Shown: positions 17,025 through 26,847 of the stretch, in pieces
Numbering within the stretch: the stretch's first letter is position 1
Layout of the letters: every line of letters begins with the position of its first letter
DNA from: Patescibacteria group bacterium
GTDB lineage: Bacteria; Patescibacteriota; Microgenomatia; Woykebacterales; 2-01-FULL-43-14
Length of the DNA stretch: 49,339 nt
NCBI GenBank assembly: GCA_023485445.1
Contig: JAMCZT010000003.1
Coordinates: 1-49,339, forward strand
Direction of reading: 5' to 3'
The notes under the pieces: generated by a model
Seen by the model: only the letters and a program-made list of their open reading frames with translations
What the model was told of the DNA's origin: nothing
Database searches by the model: none
Made by a program: the position numbers and the translations under genes

Positions 17025-18308
17025 TTATCCAAAAAACTTGTTTTTTAAAAGATCCCAGAGTTCTGGACGGTTTTGGTCGTACCCGAGAGCCCAGATGCCC
17101 GCACCGCCTAAGTTTTTTTGATTAATAAAATCGTATTTGAAGCCTAGGGAAGCGGCATCTTCGTACCAAACTTGATGCCAGGTCTCGTTTGTAGGATTCC
17201 ACCACCAATACCATGGTTCTTTGGCCAGATCGTCCCAATTTCGAGAGCCGTCGTTATTGTCTGAATCTTCTTGAGTAAGAGCGTAAGTTTTCATTTCCGT
17301 GCCACCCCACGATTTGGCACTCCTTGGATCTTTTCCATCGTAAACCGGCCAATCCCAGCCATAATACGGTACGCCTAAAATAATTTTTTCTGCTGGAGCA
17401 ACCTTTAGGAACTCATCAACGGCAGTCGCGACGTCAAGGTAATATTTACCTTCTTGGGCTCCGTAAAGAGGAGCGACTGGTCCTGCATTGTCTGACCCTG
17501 GGCTGTAGAAGTCATAGCCCATAATGAAAATTTTATCGATCGATGGGGTGAGCGCTGAGACATCATAGAGCGTTGAAGGATGGCTTCCTCCCGCATAAAC
17601 GTCCACGGAAATTTCCGAACCTGGGATTTCCCGATGTAGGGCGTCCGCCATTTCTTTGGTGAAATCGGTAAATTCCTTTCGGACGATCGGCCCCGGATCA
17701 CCAACATATTCAAAATCGAGGTTAATTCCCCCTCCTCCTTTAGAATTTACTTCGGCTACAGTACGGTTAATGAGTCTGGTTCGAGTGGCTGGGTCGTTTA
17801 AAATATTTTCGATGCGATTATTAGTCATCGCCTCTAGGGTCAGAACGATGCGGACATTATTCTCCCGGGCTTTTTGACGGACGGTTTCCATCGTCGGAGA
17901 AACCCATCCGGTAAAACCAGGGTCTTCTTCGACAATTCCCCCATTGTCATCAGCTGTGACACCAAAATAAGCAATGGTCGAAAGGAGGTTGTAATGGAGG
18001 TTTGACGCTTGATCTAATTTCCAATAGGGAAGAAAGCCAAAGACCTCTCTCTTAAGACTTTCCTGTTTTGTTGGGTTTACGGGTTGCGAAGGTTGACTTG
18101 GTTTTTCCTTTGCAATAATCGGGGCATTGGTTTGGATTTGTTGGATATCTTTAGGCACGAGACTAGCCCCCTTATTTGCGGGTGCCGCTTCTAAAGGGGT
18201 AATTCCTACCACGGATGAAACAAAGTTGAGGATGAAAGCAGGAACAAGGGAGAATTGGATGCTCCGAGACGTTAACTTTTGGAAGAAACTTTTTTGCCCT
18301 CTTCTCAA
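17025..18308 (-). CDS. Secreted glycoside hydrolase family 18 (chitinase / peptidoglycan hydrolase-like)
   Basis: N-terminal signal/anchor. GH18 catalytic motif GGGINLDFEY (DxxDxDxE-type, ending D-F-E). C-terminal GGAGIWALGYD. Confidence 0.8.
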   Translation of the reverse strand: MRRGQKSFFQKLTSRSIQFSLVPAFILNFVSSVVGITPLEAAPANKGASLVPKDIQQIQTNAPIIAKEKPSQPSQPVNPTKQESLKREVFGFLPYWKLDQASNLHYNLLSTIAYFGVTADDNGGIVEEDPGFTGWVSPTMETVRQKARENNVRIVLTLEAMTNNRIENILNDPATRTRLINRTVAEVNSKGGGGINLDFEYVGDPGPIVRKEFTDFTKEMADALHREIPGSEISVDVYAGGSHPSTLYDVSALTPSIDKIFIMGYDFYSPGSDNAGPVAPLYGAQEGKYYLDVATAVDEFLKVAPAEKIILGVPYYGWDWPVYDGKDPRSAKSWGGTEMKTYALTQEDSDNNDGSRNWDDLAKEPWYWWWNPTNETWHQVWYEDAASLGFKYDFINQKNLGGAGIWALGYDQNRPELWDLLKNKFFG

Positions 18309-18460
18309 TGACTTAAATCTACCCTCTGATCTAGATAGCCTCCTTCTTAAGACGCTACGAGATTACACTAAAAAGATTTTTTTAGCAAGAAACGAACGGC
18401 TTTTTGGTTGGCCGACAAGCTTTAAGTTGTGGTACAATAAAACCCAAGGGGGTCTGCCTT

Positions 18461-19462
18461 ATGTTAAAAGTTGCCATCAATGGTTTTGGCCGGATCGGGC
18501 GGCAGGCGGCCAAAGTCCTCCTGGAAAATCGCAACGTCCTGATTGTCGCCATTAATGATCTGACCGAGCCGGAAATGCTTGCCTACCTTCTAAAGCATGA
18601 TTCTGTTTATGGGGAATCTAACTTAAACATTAAATCCAGCGATAAAGCTTTGGTAGTGGGAAGTAAAAAGATTCCCGTTTTTGCCGAAAAAGATCCCCTC
18701 TCTTTACCCTGGAAAAGTTTGGAAGTGGACGTGGTGATAGAATCTACCGGACGATTTACTGATCGTGAAAAGGCTAGCAGTCACTTGGTCGCTGGAAGTA
18801 AAAAGGTGGTTATTTCAGCCCCCGCCAAAGATCCTGACGCGACTTTGGTTCTAGGGGTAAACCATAAGGAGTATAATCCAGATAAGCACCATATTATCTC
18901 GAATGGTTCCTGTACGACCAACTGTCTCGCCCCGATTGCCAAGGTGATGAATGATAAATTCGGCGTAAAAAGGTCTTTTATGAACACCGTTCACGCTTTT
19001 ACCAATTCCCAAAATATTTTAGATCTACCCGCTAAAGAACGGCGGGCAGCTCGGGCGGCGACTATCAACATCATCCCCCATACTTCTGGAGCGACCAAAT
19101 CGGTCGTGGAAGCGATTCCAGAGCTGAAAGGAAAAATGGACGGCTTGGCCCTGAGGGTACCGGTGGCAGACGTTTCGATTTTAGATTACGTCGTCCAGCT
19201 AAAGAAGAAGGTGGAGATGAAGAATCTGTTAGCCGCGTTCGAAAAAGCCGCTGCGAAAGAAATGAAGGGAATTTTGAAAATAAATTACCAACCCTTGGTT
19301 TCAAGTGATTTTATCGGTGACCCTCACAGCGCGATTGTTGATGCTCCTCTGACAATGATTATGGACGGGGATTTGGTACGGGTGATGGCTTGGTATGACA
19401 ACGAATGGGGGTACTCGAACCGGTTGGCCGAGATGACAATATGGGTTGGAAATGGCGTCTAG
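18461..19462 (+). CDS. gap: Glyceraldehyde-3-phosphate dehydrogenase, type I
   Basis: MLKVAINGFGRIGR, active-site SNGSCTTNCLAP, and WYDNEWGYS. I prefer the ATG at 18461 over the longer ORF start at 18404. Confidence 0.95.
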   Translation: MLKVAINGFGRIGRQAAKVLLENRNVLIVAINDLTEPEMLAYLLKHDSVYGESNLNIKSSDKALVVGSKKIPVFAEKDPLSLPWKSLEVDVVIESTGRFTDREKASSHLVAGSKKVVISAPAKDPDATLVLGVNHKEYNPDKHHIISNGSCTTNCLAPIAKVMNDKFGVKRSFMNTVHAFTNSQNILDLPAKERRAARAATINIIPHTSGATKSVVEAIPELKGKMDGLALRVPVADVSILDYVVQLKKKVEMKNLLAAFEKAAAKEMKGILKINYQPLVSSDFIGDPHSAIVDAPLTMIMDGDLVRVMAWYDNEWGYSNRLAEMTIWVGNGV

Positions 19463-19578
19463 AAAAGCATCTCATTGGAGGTCTTTTAAGGGATAAGCTG
19501 GATAAATGAGTAAGTGAGTAACTTCTTCAAAATTGAAAATTTATGCGAACTGGTATATTGTTAATGTTGGAGGTTTAA

Positions 19579-19764
19579 ATGAGAGTTTCAATCAATAAAA
19601 CTACTTGTAGTGGCTGCGGAACGTGTCAAGCACTATGCCTACAAGTTTTTGAATTAGGAGAAGACGGGAAAGCTCAGGTTAAAGAAGGAGCAGACTTGGA
19701 TTGTTGCAATATGCATGATGTTTCTGCGAGCTGTCCGACCGGTTCGATTGAGGTGGAGGATTAA
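19579..19764 (+). CDS. Small [4Fe-4S]/[3Fe-4S] ferredoxin
   Basis: 61 aa with CSGCGTCQALC ... CP cluster ligands. RBS GGAGG. Confidence 0.8.
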   Translation: MRVSINKTTCSGCGTCQALCLQVFELGEDGKAQVKEGADLDCCNMHDVSASCPTGSIEVED

Positions 19765-20837
19765 TGATTGATCTTGACGATAAACAAGCAGTGCAGACTT
19801 TAGATAAATCAAATCTTTTAGGTTCGGTTGAACAGTTACCGAATCAAGTGCGCCAGACCTGGGAGGATGTTTCTAAGTTTGAGGTTCCCGAGAGTTACCA
19901 GCAGATTAGAAACGTGGTAGTTGCCGGAATGGGTGGTTCTGCCCTAGGTGCTCGAATTATCCAAGGGCTTTATTTTGATCAACTTAAAATTCCTCTGACT
20001 ATCGTGAATGGTTACGACTTACCACAGTTTGTAAACCAAGAAACCCTAGTGATCCTTTCAAGCTACTCTGGGACAACTGAGGAAACTTTAAGTTCTTTTT
20101 CCCATGCGAAAGAAAGAGGGGCCAAGATTGTCGGTATTGCCGTTGGTGGAAAGCTCCCCGAGCTCCTTAACGCGGACGGCTACCCCATGTTTGTTTTCGA
20201 GCCTAAATATAATCCTTGCAACCAACCCCGGATGGCGATCGGTTATTCGGTTTTAGCCCAACTGGGAGTGTTTCAAAAGGCTGGTTTAATCGATTTAGCC
20301 CAGGAAGAAGTGGCGGGGATAATTCAAACTTTGGAAGAAGCCAATACTAAATTCGGCTTTGGTGTTTCCACCGCGGGTAATTTGGCTAAACAGATTGCTC
20401 AGAAGTTTTTCGGAAAAGACATTATTTTGGTCGGATCCGAGTTTTTAACTGGTAATACACACACTTTCCAAAACCAACTTCACGAAAATTCGAAAAACTT
20501 TGCTACTTATTTGATCATACCGGAGCTAAATCACCATTCAATGGAAAGTTTATCTCACCCGTTGACTAACTCAGAGAATCTGATTTTTCTGATGATCAAT
20601 TCGGATCTTTATTTTTCGAAAGTGAAGACAAGGTTTGAGGTGACAAAAGACGTGATTACCAGAAATAAGATCGAAGTGTTGGGATTTAAGCCTCAGGCTT
20701 CCTCCAAGCTGCTTCAATCCTTCGAAACCTTAGCCTTTGGCAGTTACGTGTGTTTTTATTTGGCGATGTTGAACGAACTAGACCCCTCGCCTATTCCCTG
20801 GGTAGACTATTTTAAAGAAAAATTATCTCAAGTTTAA
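19764..20837 (+). CDS. Bifunctional phosphoglucose/phosphomannose isomerase (SIS domain)
   Basis: VVVAGMGGSALGA and SYSGTTEET SIS motifs. The size is typical of the PGI/PMI family. Confidence 0.75.
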   Translation: MIDLDDKQAVQTLDKSNLLGSVEQLPNQVRQTWEDVSKFEVPESYQQIRNVVVAGMGGSALGARIIQGLYFDQLKIPLTIVNGYDLPQFVNQETLVILSSYSGTTEETLSSFSHAKERGAKIVGIAVGGKLPELLNADGYPMFVFEPKYNPCNQPRMAIGYSVLAQLGVFQKAGLIDLAQEEVAGIIQTLEEANTKFGFGVSTAGNLAKQIAQKFFGKDIILVGSEFLTGNTHTFQNQLHENSKNFATYLIIPELNHHSMESLSHPLTNSENLIFLMINSDLYFSKVKTRFEVTKDVITRNKIEVLGFKPQASSKLLQSFETLAFGSYVCFYLAMLNELDPSPIPWVDYFKEKLSQV

Positions 20838-20855
20838 TTAGCAGAAAGGACTTTT

Positions 20856-21809
20856 ATGCCTGAGGAAAACAAAATTTATGATCTGATAATTATTGGCGCT
20901 GGCGGAGCGGGATTATCGGCTTCGATATACGCGTCTCGTTATAAAATAACCCATTTAGTTTTCGCCAAAGTTTTAGGCGGAACGATTACAACTGCCCACA
21001 TCGTGGAAAATTTTCCGGGTTTTACTTCCGTTGCAGGACAGGACTTAGCGGCTCATTTGGTTAGCCACGCCAAAGAACTAGGGGGGTTGATCAAAGAAGA
21101 GGAAATTTCTCATGCGGCCAAAGTAGATGGGATTTTTGAATTAACCACGATTGGAGGAAGCCGTTATCAGGCCAAAACGATAATTTTAGCGACTGGCTCC
21201 CAAAGAAAACGGCTGGACATCGCGGGAGAGAAGGATTTTTTGGGTAAAGGCATTAGCTACTGCTCGACTTGCGATGCCCCCTTCTTTCGAAATAAGACCG
21301 TGGTGGTGGTGGGCGGAGGAGACTCGGCGCTAACGGCCTCTTTGCACCTGTCAGAATTTGCCGGTAAGGTTTACGTGATTTACCGCGGGAGTCAATTGAG
21401 AGCCGAGCCGACTTGGATCGAGAGTGTTTCGAAAAATCCGAAGATCGAAGTAATTTTCAATACTAACATTATTGAAATTTTAGGGACTCAGGTGGTTCAA
21501 GAAATTCGTCTTGACGTCCCCTACAAAGATAAACCGACTTTAGCGGTGGATGGTGTATTTATCGAGATCGGGGCGGTGCCGGGAACAGTACTTGCAGATC
21601 AATTGGGAGTGAAATTAGACGAAAAAGGATACGTCGATCTCGGTCAAAATAATTCGACCAACGTTCCCGGTGTTTTCGCGGCCGGAGACTTGACCAACGG
21701 TTCCTCGGGGCTCCGCCAGCTAGTAACCGCTTCCTCAGAGGGGGCGATTGCGGCGGCAGGAGTTTACGGATACCTAAAGCAAAAAGCGCCAGCCCCAAGT
21801 TGGGGATGA
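20856..21809 (+). CDS. trxB: Thioredoxin-disulfide reductase
   Basis: FAD motif IIGAGGAG, redox-active CSTC, NADPH motif GGGDSA, and FAAGD. Confidence 0.9.
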   Translation: MPEENKIYDLIIIGAGGAGLSASIYASRYKITHLVFAKVLGGTITTAHIVENFPGFTSVAGQDLAAHLVSHAKELGGLIKEEEISHAAKVDGIFELTTIGGSRYQAKTIILATGSQRKRLDIAGEKDFLGKGISYCSTCDAPFFRNKTVVVVGGGDSALTASLHLSEFAGKVYVIYRGSQLRAEPTWIESVSKNPKIEVIFNTNIIEILGTQVVQEIRLDVPYKDKPTLAVDGVFIEIGAVPGTVLADQLGVKLDEKGYVDLGQNNSTNVPGVFAAGDLTNGSSGLRQLVTASSEGAIAAAGVYGYLKQKAPAPSWG

Positions 21810-21873
21810 CCTCAGTTTCAATTTCTAGTATAAAATTTGAAATAATTATGGAGTAATTTAGAAAGGTTTAAAC

Positions 21874-23118
21874 ATGACGAATATTAATCCTTATGAATCA
21901 ACAATTAAGCAACTAGAGAAAGCAGCAAATATTATCAATCTAGATAAAGCGACACTTGAAATTTTGTCTTACCCAAAAAGGATAGTCGAAGTTCGTTTTC
22001 CGGTCAGGTTAGACAGTGGTGAGGTAAAAGTTTTTCACGGGTACCGTATTCAGCACAATGATGCCAGGGGGCCTTTTAAAGGAGGGATCAGATTTCATCA
22101 GGCCGTGGACATGAACGAGGTAAAAGCCTTAGCTTTTTGGATGAGCATGAAATGCGCGGTGATGAATATTCCTTTCGGTGGAGGAAAAGGTGGTGTGACA
22201 GTTAACCCAAAGGGATTATCCGAAGCGGAGCTTGAAAGCTTGAGCAGGGCGTTTATCAAAGCGATTGCTGCGGTGATCGGTTCAAGAGTCGACGTTCCCG
22301 CGCCTGATGTAAACACCAATCCTAAAATAATGGATTGGATGGTGGATGAGTATGAAAAGATTGTTGGTCATTCTGAACCGGCCGTGATTACCGGAAAAAG
22401 CTTAGATCACGGTGGGTCTGAAGGGAGAGGAATCGCGACCTCTTTGGGGGGAAAATACGTCTTGGATGAAGCGATTGGAAAGGTGAGTTTGGATTCGGGA
22501 ACGTTGAAGGTGGCGATTCAGGGTTTGGGTAACGTGGGTGGAAACATGTTTAAGCTTTTAGGCGAAGATAAAAAGTACCAAGTGGTGGCGGTAAGCGATT
22601 CGAGGGGAGGAATAGTTTCTGGTGCGGGCCTAGATTACGATAAGGTAATGGGGCATAAAAAAGAAACCGGGTCAGTGGTTGGGTTTGTGGGAACGAAGGA
22701 AATAACAAACGAAGATTTACTGGAACTAGATGTTGACATTTTGATCCCGTCGGCTTTAGAAAACCAGATCACAAAGGAGAACGTGGATAAGATAAAAGCC
22801 AGGCTTGTGCTAGAGTTAGCGAACGGGCCGACGGCTCCCGAAGCAGATGAGGAGTTGCACAATCGAGGGGTGGTGGTCGTTCCGGATATTTTAGCCAATG
22901 GTGGTGGGGTGACGGTTAGTTATTTTGAATGGGACCAAAACCTTAAAAATGAACATTGGTTCGAAAAAGACGTCTTTTCCAAACTGGAAGAGGTAATGTG
23001 CTCTTCATTTAATGATGTTTGGGAAATCAGCAAAAAATATAGGATTGATTTAAGGCAAGCGGCCTATGTTTTGGCGATTGATCGGATTTCCCTAGCCATG
23101 AGAGAATCAGCCAAATAA
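21874..23118 (+). CDS. gdhA: Glutamate dehydrogenase (Glu/Leu/Phe/Val dehydrogenase family)
   Basis: KALAFWMSMKCAVMNIPFGGGKGG catalytic Lys/Gly-rich motif. Rossmann motif GLGNVG. Confidence 0.9.
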   Translation: MTNINPYESTIKQLEKAANIINLDKATLEILSYPKRIVEVRFPVRLDSGEVKVFHGYRIQHNDARGPFKGGIRFHQAVDMNEVKALAFWMSMKCAVMNIPFGGGKGGVTVNPKGLSEAELESLSRAFIKAIAAVIGSRVDVPAPDVNTNPKIMDWMVDEYEKIVGHSEPAVITGKSLDHGGSEGRGIATSLGGKYVLDEAIGKVSLDSGTLKVAIQGLGNVGGNMFKLLGEDKKYQVVAVSDSRGGIVSGAGLDYDKVMGHKKETGSVVGFVGTKEITNEDLLELDVDILIPSALENQITKENVDKIKARLVLELANGPTAPEADEELHNRGVVVVPDILANGGGVTVSYFEWDQNLKNEHWFEKDVFSKLEEVMCSSFNDVWEISKKYRIDLRQAAYVLAIDRISLAMRESAK

Positions 23119-23122
23119 CCCC

Positions 23123-23151
23123 TTGACAGAACAATATCTTGGTGATATAAT
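23123..23151 (+). promoter_or_regulatory. Consensus sigma70 promoter of the nrdR-nrdJ-cobO operon
   Basis: TTGACA (23123..23128), 17-nt spacer, TG-a-TATAAT (23143..23151). Confidence 0.8.
23129..23144. promoter_or_regulatory. Degenerate NrdR box (box 1) within the promoter spacer
   Basis: GAACAATATCTTGGTG matches 10/16 of the NrdR-box consensus acaCwAtATaTwGtgt. Its centre is 32 bp from the centre of box 2. Confidence 0.5.
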
Positions 23152-23160
23152 ACAAGAAAT

Positions 23161-23176
23161 ACACAATATATTGTGT
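23161..23176. promoter_or_regulatory. Perfect NrdR box (box 2), core of a 34-bp perfect palindrome (23152..23185)
   Basis: ACACAATATATTGTGT matches the NrdR-box consensus 16/16. It is flanked by ACAAGAAAT / ATTTCTTGT and lies just downstream of the -10. Confidence 0.85.
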
Positions 23177-23217
23177 ATTTCTTGTCAATTTTGAGGGGCC
23201 TCTTTAAATTTTTAATT

Positions 23218-23664
23218 ATGAAATGTCCGTACTGTCTTTCAACCCAAACCGCTGTTGTTGATTCTCGGGACTCGGAAGATTTTGAAACTATTCGCCGTCG
23301 CCGAGAATGTTTACGGTGCTCTAAACGATTTACTACTTATGAACGAATTGAAATGGTGGATTTAACTGTAGTCAAGAAAGACGGCCGCAGGGAGCAGTTT
23401 GATCGCGGTAAGCTTTTGGCCGGAATTGTCCGTGCTTGTGAAAAAAGACCCATTAGCTTGGAAATGATTAACAAGATGGTGACCGATATTGAAAAGGATT
23501 TGAGGGGACGGGACGGGACGGAGGTTTCTAGCCGAGAGGTAGGAGAGCTGGTAATGAAAAAGCTAAGAAGTTTAGACAAGGTCGCTTACATTCGATTCGC
23601 CTCTGTTTATCGGGAATTTGAAGACATTGAGTCATTCGAAAAAGAGATTAAAAGATTAGGTTAA
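23218..23664 (+). CDS. nrdR: Transcriptional repressor NrdR (Zn-ribbon + ATP-cone)
   Basis: [19 protein letters not shown]...[17 protein letters not shown], then an ATP-cone. The ORF-track start at 23173 would run through the operator, so ATG 23218 is used. Confidence 0.95.
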   Translation: MKCPYCLSTQTAVVDSRDSEDFETIRRRRECLRCSKRFTTYERIEMVDLTVVKKDGRREQFDRGKLLAGIVRACEKRPISLEMINKMVTDIEKDLRGRDGTEVSSREVGELVMKKLRSLDKVAYIRFASVYREFEDIESFEKEIKRLG

Positions 23665-23699
23665 AAATTTTAACGGGTATTCGTTTAGAAGGAGTATTT

Positions 23700-25958
23700 A
23701 TGGCTGCCAAAGAAAAAACAGCAATGAGCAAAGAAACTGTGGATTTAACGCCCCCTTCCAAAAATTTTCCCACTTCCGAAACCTCTGTTCTTCATATCCA
23801 AAAACGTGACGGGCGAGTTGTCCCTTTTGACCAGGAAAAAATTATCAGTGCTATATATAAGGCCTCACTGGCAGCTGGAATTGATGACCAAGAGTTGACA
23901 AACAGCCTTTCTGACGAAGTGGTTGTTTTGCTTGATGAGCGTTTCGATGGGAAAAAAGTCCCAACCGTTGAAGAAATACAAGATGTAGTGGAAGAAGTTT
24001 TAATGCGAGCGGGGCAGACACGGACCGCGAAACTTTATATTCTTTACCGACAGAAGCGGGCCGAGATTCGGGAGGCTAAGGCCGCTATTTTAGGTAGGCA
24101 AGATGAACTAAAGCTCACCCTTAACGCGGTCACAGTTCTGAAGAAACGGTATTTGATGAAAGATGAAAACCGCCAGGTAATCGAAACTCCTTCCGATTTA
24201 TTCCGACGAGTAGCAAAGAATATTGCCTTTGCGGACAGTTTTTACGACAAAAAAGCCAATGTCGAAACCACGGCCGAGGAGTTTTTTCAGGTGATTTCCA
24301 AACTGGAATTTATGCCAAATTCCCCTACTTTGATGAATGCCGGTCGAAAACTTCAGCAACTTTCGGCCTGTTTTGTTTTACCGGTTGAGGATTCAATTGT
24401 CGGAATTTTTGAGGCGATCAAGCAAACGGCAGTCATCCACCAATCAGGCGGTGGAACAGGATTTTCTTTTTCCAGGCTTCGCCCAACAGGTGATTTGGTT
24501 GCTTCCACGATGGGTCACTCGTCCGGACCGATTCCTTTTATGAAAGTTTTTAACGAAGCTACAGAAGCGGTTAAGCAAGGTGGGACTCGGCGGGGAGCGA
24601 ACATGGGAATTTTGAGGGTTGACCATCCGGACATTCTGGATTTTATTGTTTGCAAAGAGGACGATGCAAATCTGACAAACTTTAACATCTCAGTTGGATT
24701 GACTAAAGAATTTATGAAAGCCCTGGAAAAAGATACGGATTATGATTTGATCAATCCTCACACCAAAGAACCTGTTTCCAAGCTTTCGGCTCGAAAGGTG
24801 TTTGACCTGATCGTGACTATGGCTTGGAAAAACGGGGATCCAGGGATCGTTTTCTTAGATAAGATCAATGAAGACAACCCCACTCCTCACTTGGGGGAAA
24901 TCGAGAGCACTAATCCCTGCGGCGAACAGCCCTTACTTCCTTTCGAATCTTGCAACTTGGGTTCGATTAATTTAAGCTTGATGGTAAAAGAAGGGGAAAT
25001 TGATTGGGAGAAGCTTCGTGAGGTGATCCACACAGCTGTTCATTTCCTCGATAACGTGATTGATATGAACAAATTCCCTCTTCCTCAGATAGAGCAGATG
25101 ACTAAAGCTAACCGAAAGGTTGGCTTAGGGGTGATGGGTTTTGCGGATATGTTAATCAAGCTGCAAATTCCCTACAATTCTGACGAAGCGGTTGTCCTTG
25201 GTGAAGAGGTGATGAAATTTATTCGGGACGAAGCCCGAGAAGCCTCCAAGGAACTAGCAAAGAAGCGAGGAGTCTTTGCCAACTTTAAGGGAAGCGTTTA
25301 CGACCGGCCAAACGGAGCTAGGCTTCGTAACGCCACTTTAACCACTATCGCTCCGACTGGGACGATCAGTATCATTGCCGGGGCATCTTCCGGAATAGAA
25401 CCTCTTTTTGCTGTCTCTTTTACCCGGGCAAACGTCTTGGATAATGATAAGTTAGTCGAGGTTAATCCTCTCTTTGAAAAAGTAGCCAGCCAAGAAGGTT
25501 TTTACAGCGATGAGCTGATGGCAAGAATTGCCCAAACCGGCAGCGTGGTTGGAATGACCGATGTCCCGTATAAATGGCAAAGGGTCTTTGTGACTGCCCA
25601 TGATATTGCCCCTGAGTGGCACACCAGGATGCAGGCCGCTTTCCAAAAGTACACAGATAACGCGGTTTCAAAGACGGTAAACTTTTCCCATCAAGCGACA
25701 CCAAAGGATGTGGAACGGGCATATATGCTGGCCTACCGTTTGGACTGCAAGGGCGTGACGATTTATCGTGACGGGAGCCGGGAAGCACAAGTTCTTAACA
25801 TCGCCCACTCTGGTTCTCCTGAAAAAATAGAAAAAGTTTCAGCCAAGGTCCGTGTCGGCGGTAAAGATGAGAAATGTCCAGAATGTGGTGGTAGGATGAT
25901 CTTTAAAGAAGGCTGTGCGACCTGTTCATCTTGTTCATATTCCTATTGCCATAATTAG
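23700..25958 (+). CDS. nrdJ: Class II (adenosylcobalamin-dependent) ribonucleotide reductase with N-terminal ATP-cone
   Basis: ATP-cone ([16 protein letters not shown]), [22 protein letters not shown] active-site region, and a C-terminal CPECGG...CATCSSC zinc ribbon. Confidence 0.9.
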   Translation: MAAKEKTAMSKETVDLTPPSKNFPTSETSVLHIQKRDGRVVPFDQEKIISAIYKASLAAGIDDQELTNSLSDEVVVLLDERFDGKKVPTVEEIQDVVEEVLMRAGQTRTAKLYILYRQKRAEIREAKAAILGRQDELKLTLNAVTVLKKRYLMKDENRQVIETPSDLFRRVAKNIAFADSFYDKKANVETTAEEFFQVISKLEFMPNSPTLMNAGRKLQQLSACFVLPVEDSIVGIFEAIKQTAVIHQSGGGTGFSFSRLRPTGDLVASTMGHSSGPIPFMKVFNEATEAVKQGGTRRGANMGILRVDHPDILDFIVCKEDDANLTNFNISVGLTKEFMKALEKDTDYDLINPHTKEPVSKLSARKVFDLIVTMAWKNGDPGIVFLDKINEDNPTPHLGEIESTNPCGEQPLLPFESCNLGSINLSLMVKEGEIDWEKLREVIHTAVHFLDNVIDMNKFPLPQIEQMTKANRKVGLGVMGFADMLIKLQIPYNSDEAVVLGEEVMKFIRDEAREASKELAKKRGVFANFKGSVYDRPNGARLRNATLTTIAPTGTISIIAGASSGIEPLFAVSFTRANVLDNDKLVEVNPLFEKVASQEGFYSDELMARIAQTGSVVGMTDVPYKWQRVFVTAHDIAPEWHTRMQAAFQKYTDNAVSKTVNFSHQATPKDVERAYMLAYRLDCKGVTIYRDGSREAQVLNIAHSGSPEKIEKVSAKVRVGGKDEKCPECGGRMIFKEGCATCSSCSYSYCHN

Positions 25959-25964
25959 AAAGAC

Positions 25965-26486
25965 TTGGATATGTTGTATGTCCTTACTGGCAACGGAAAA
26001 GGAAAAACGACTTCGGCTTTAGGGACAGCGTTGCGTTCCTTAGGGCACGGCCAAAGGGTAGTTATCATCCAGTTTTTGAAAAACTGGGATTCTTCCGGGG
26101 AGGTCTTGTTTTTCAAAGATCTCGGGCTGGGGGTGGAACTGCACCGATTTGGCCGAGAAGACCGCAGATTTGTTAATCCGATCCGCCTAGAAAAGATCGA
26201 CTTTGAATTAGCAGAAAAAGCGATGAGAATGGCCTACCTGGTCTTAGAAAAGCAGCCTGACCTGTTAATTCTTGATGAAATTAATGTCGCTTTAAAGTTT
26301 GAACTGTTAAAACTTGAAACTGTTTTAGAGTTTTTAGACCGGGTTCCGAAAGGAACGCATGTCCTTTTCACTGGGCGGGGAGCCCATTCAGAAATTATTA
26401 ACCGAGCGGATTTGGTAACGGAAATGAAAGAAATAAAACACCCCTACCAGAAAGGCTTAAAAGCTCAGAAGGGTCTGGACTACTAA
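25965..26486 (+). CDS. cobO: Cob(I)alamin/cob(I)yrinic acid a,c-diamide adenosyltransferase (CobA/CobO/BtuR type)
   Basis: P-loop LTGNGKGKTTSALG, LILDEIN, and a C-terminal KHPYQKGLKAQKGLDY. Start at TTG 25965 or ATG 25971. Confidence 0.85.
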   Translation: MDMLYVLTGNGKGKTTSALGTALRSLGHGQRVVIIQFLKNWDSSGEVLFFKDLGLGVELHRFGREDRRFVNPIRLEKIDFELAEKAMRMAYLVLEKQPDLLILDEINVALKFELLKLETVLEFLDRVPKGTHVLFTGRGAHSEIINRADLVTEMKEIKHPYQKGLKAQKGLDY

Positions 26487-26506
26487 AAATGACCTAGTTT
26501 GATCAC

Positions 26507-26536
26507 TTGACTGTTTACTTGGATGTCTACTACAAT
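26507..26536 (+). promoter_or_regulatory. Candidate promoter of the riboswitch-controlled operon
   Basis: TTGACT (26507..26512), 18-nt spacer, TACAAT (26531..26536). Confidence 0.55.
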
Positions 26537-26553
26537 AAATTTAACAACTAAAT

Positions 26554-26677
26554 AGTCAAAGATTAGCCTAAACTTTAGAACTAAAAAGGATTAAGGGAAA
26601 TCTTGTGTAATTCAAGAGCTGTGCCGCAACTGTAAGGCTCGCCGCAGCGAGCCGAGCCAGAAAACCTATCTTTGACT
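26554..26677 (+). ncRNA. Cobalamin (B12) riboswitch aptamer
   Basis: P1 AGTCAAAGAT (26554..26563) pairs with ATCTTTGACT (26668..26677). Conserved core TTAAGGGAAATCTTGTGTAATTCAAGAGCTGTGCCGCAACTGTAAGG. B12-box-like AGCCAGAAAACCT (26655..26667). Confidence 0.8.
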
Positions 26678-26797
26678 TAAACGCTGCCCGGAGCCGGCTA
26701 CTAGCGCAACACACTCTTTAATTGATAACGTGAAACCCATCCGGCTCGCGGGACTCCCTCGGGACTAAGGGAGTGGGCGGTAATTTGTTTTTAACCA

Positions 26798-26836
26798 CCC
26801 TTCCTCGTCCCCTCGAAGGAAGGGTTTATCAGTTTT
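26798..26836 (+). terminator. Riboswitch expression-platform terminator
   Basis: CCCTTCC (26798..26804) / GGAAGGG (26818..26824) hairpin, then TTTATCAGTTTT, immediately before RBS AGGAGG and ATG 26848. Confidence 0.65.
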
Positions 26837-26847
26837 AGGAGGTAATA

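Noticed and set aside
18127-18555. 142-aa + strand ORF spanning the GH18 start and the gap upstream region, and the long ORF start of gap at 18404
   Set aside because: It overlaps the GH18 N-terminus antisense and the divergent promoter region. GAPDH homology begins at MLKVAINGFGRIGR (ATG 18461), which has its own RBS.
23173-23217. N-terminal extension of the NrdR ORF (MYFLSILRGLFKFLI...)
   Set aside because: It would start inside the NrdR box/palindrome. The NrdR family begins at MxCPxC, which corresponds to ATG 23218.
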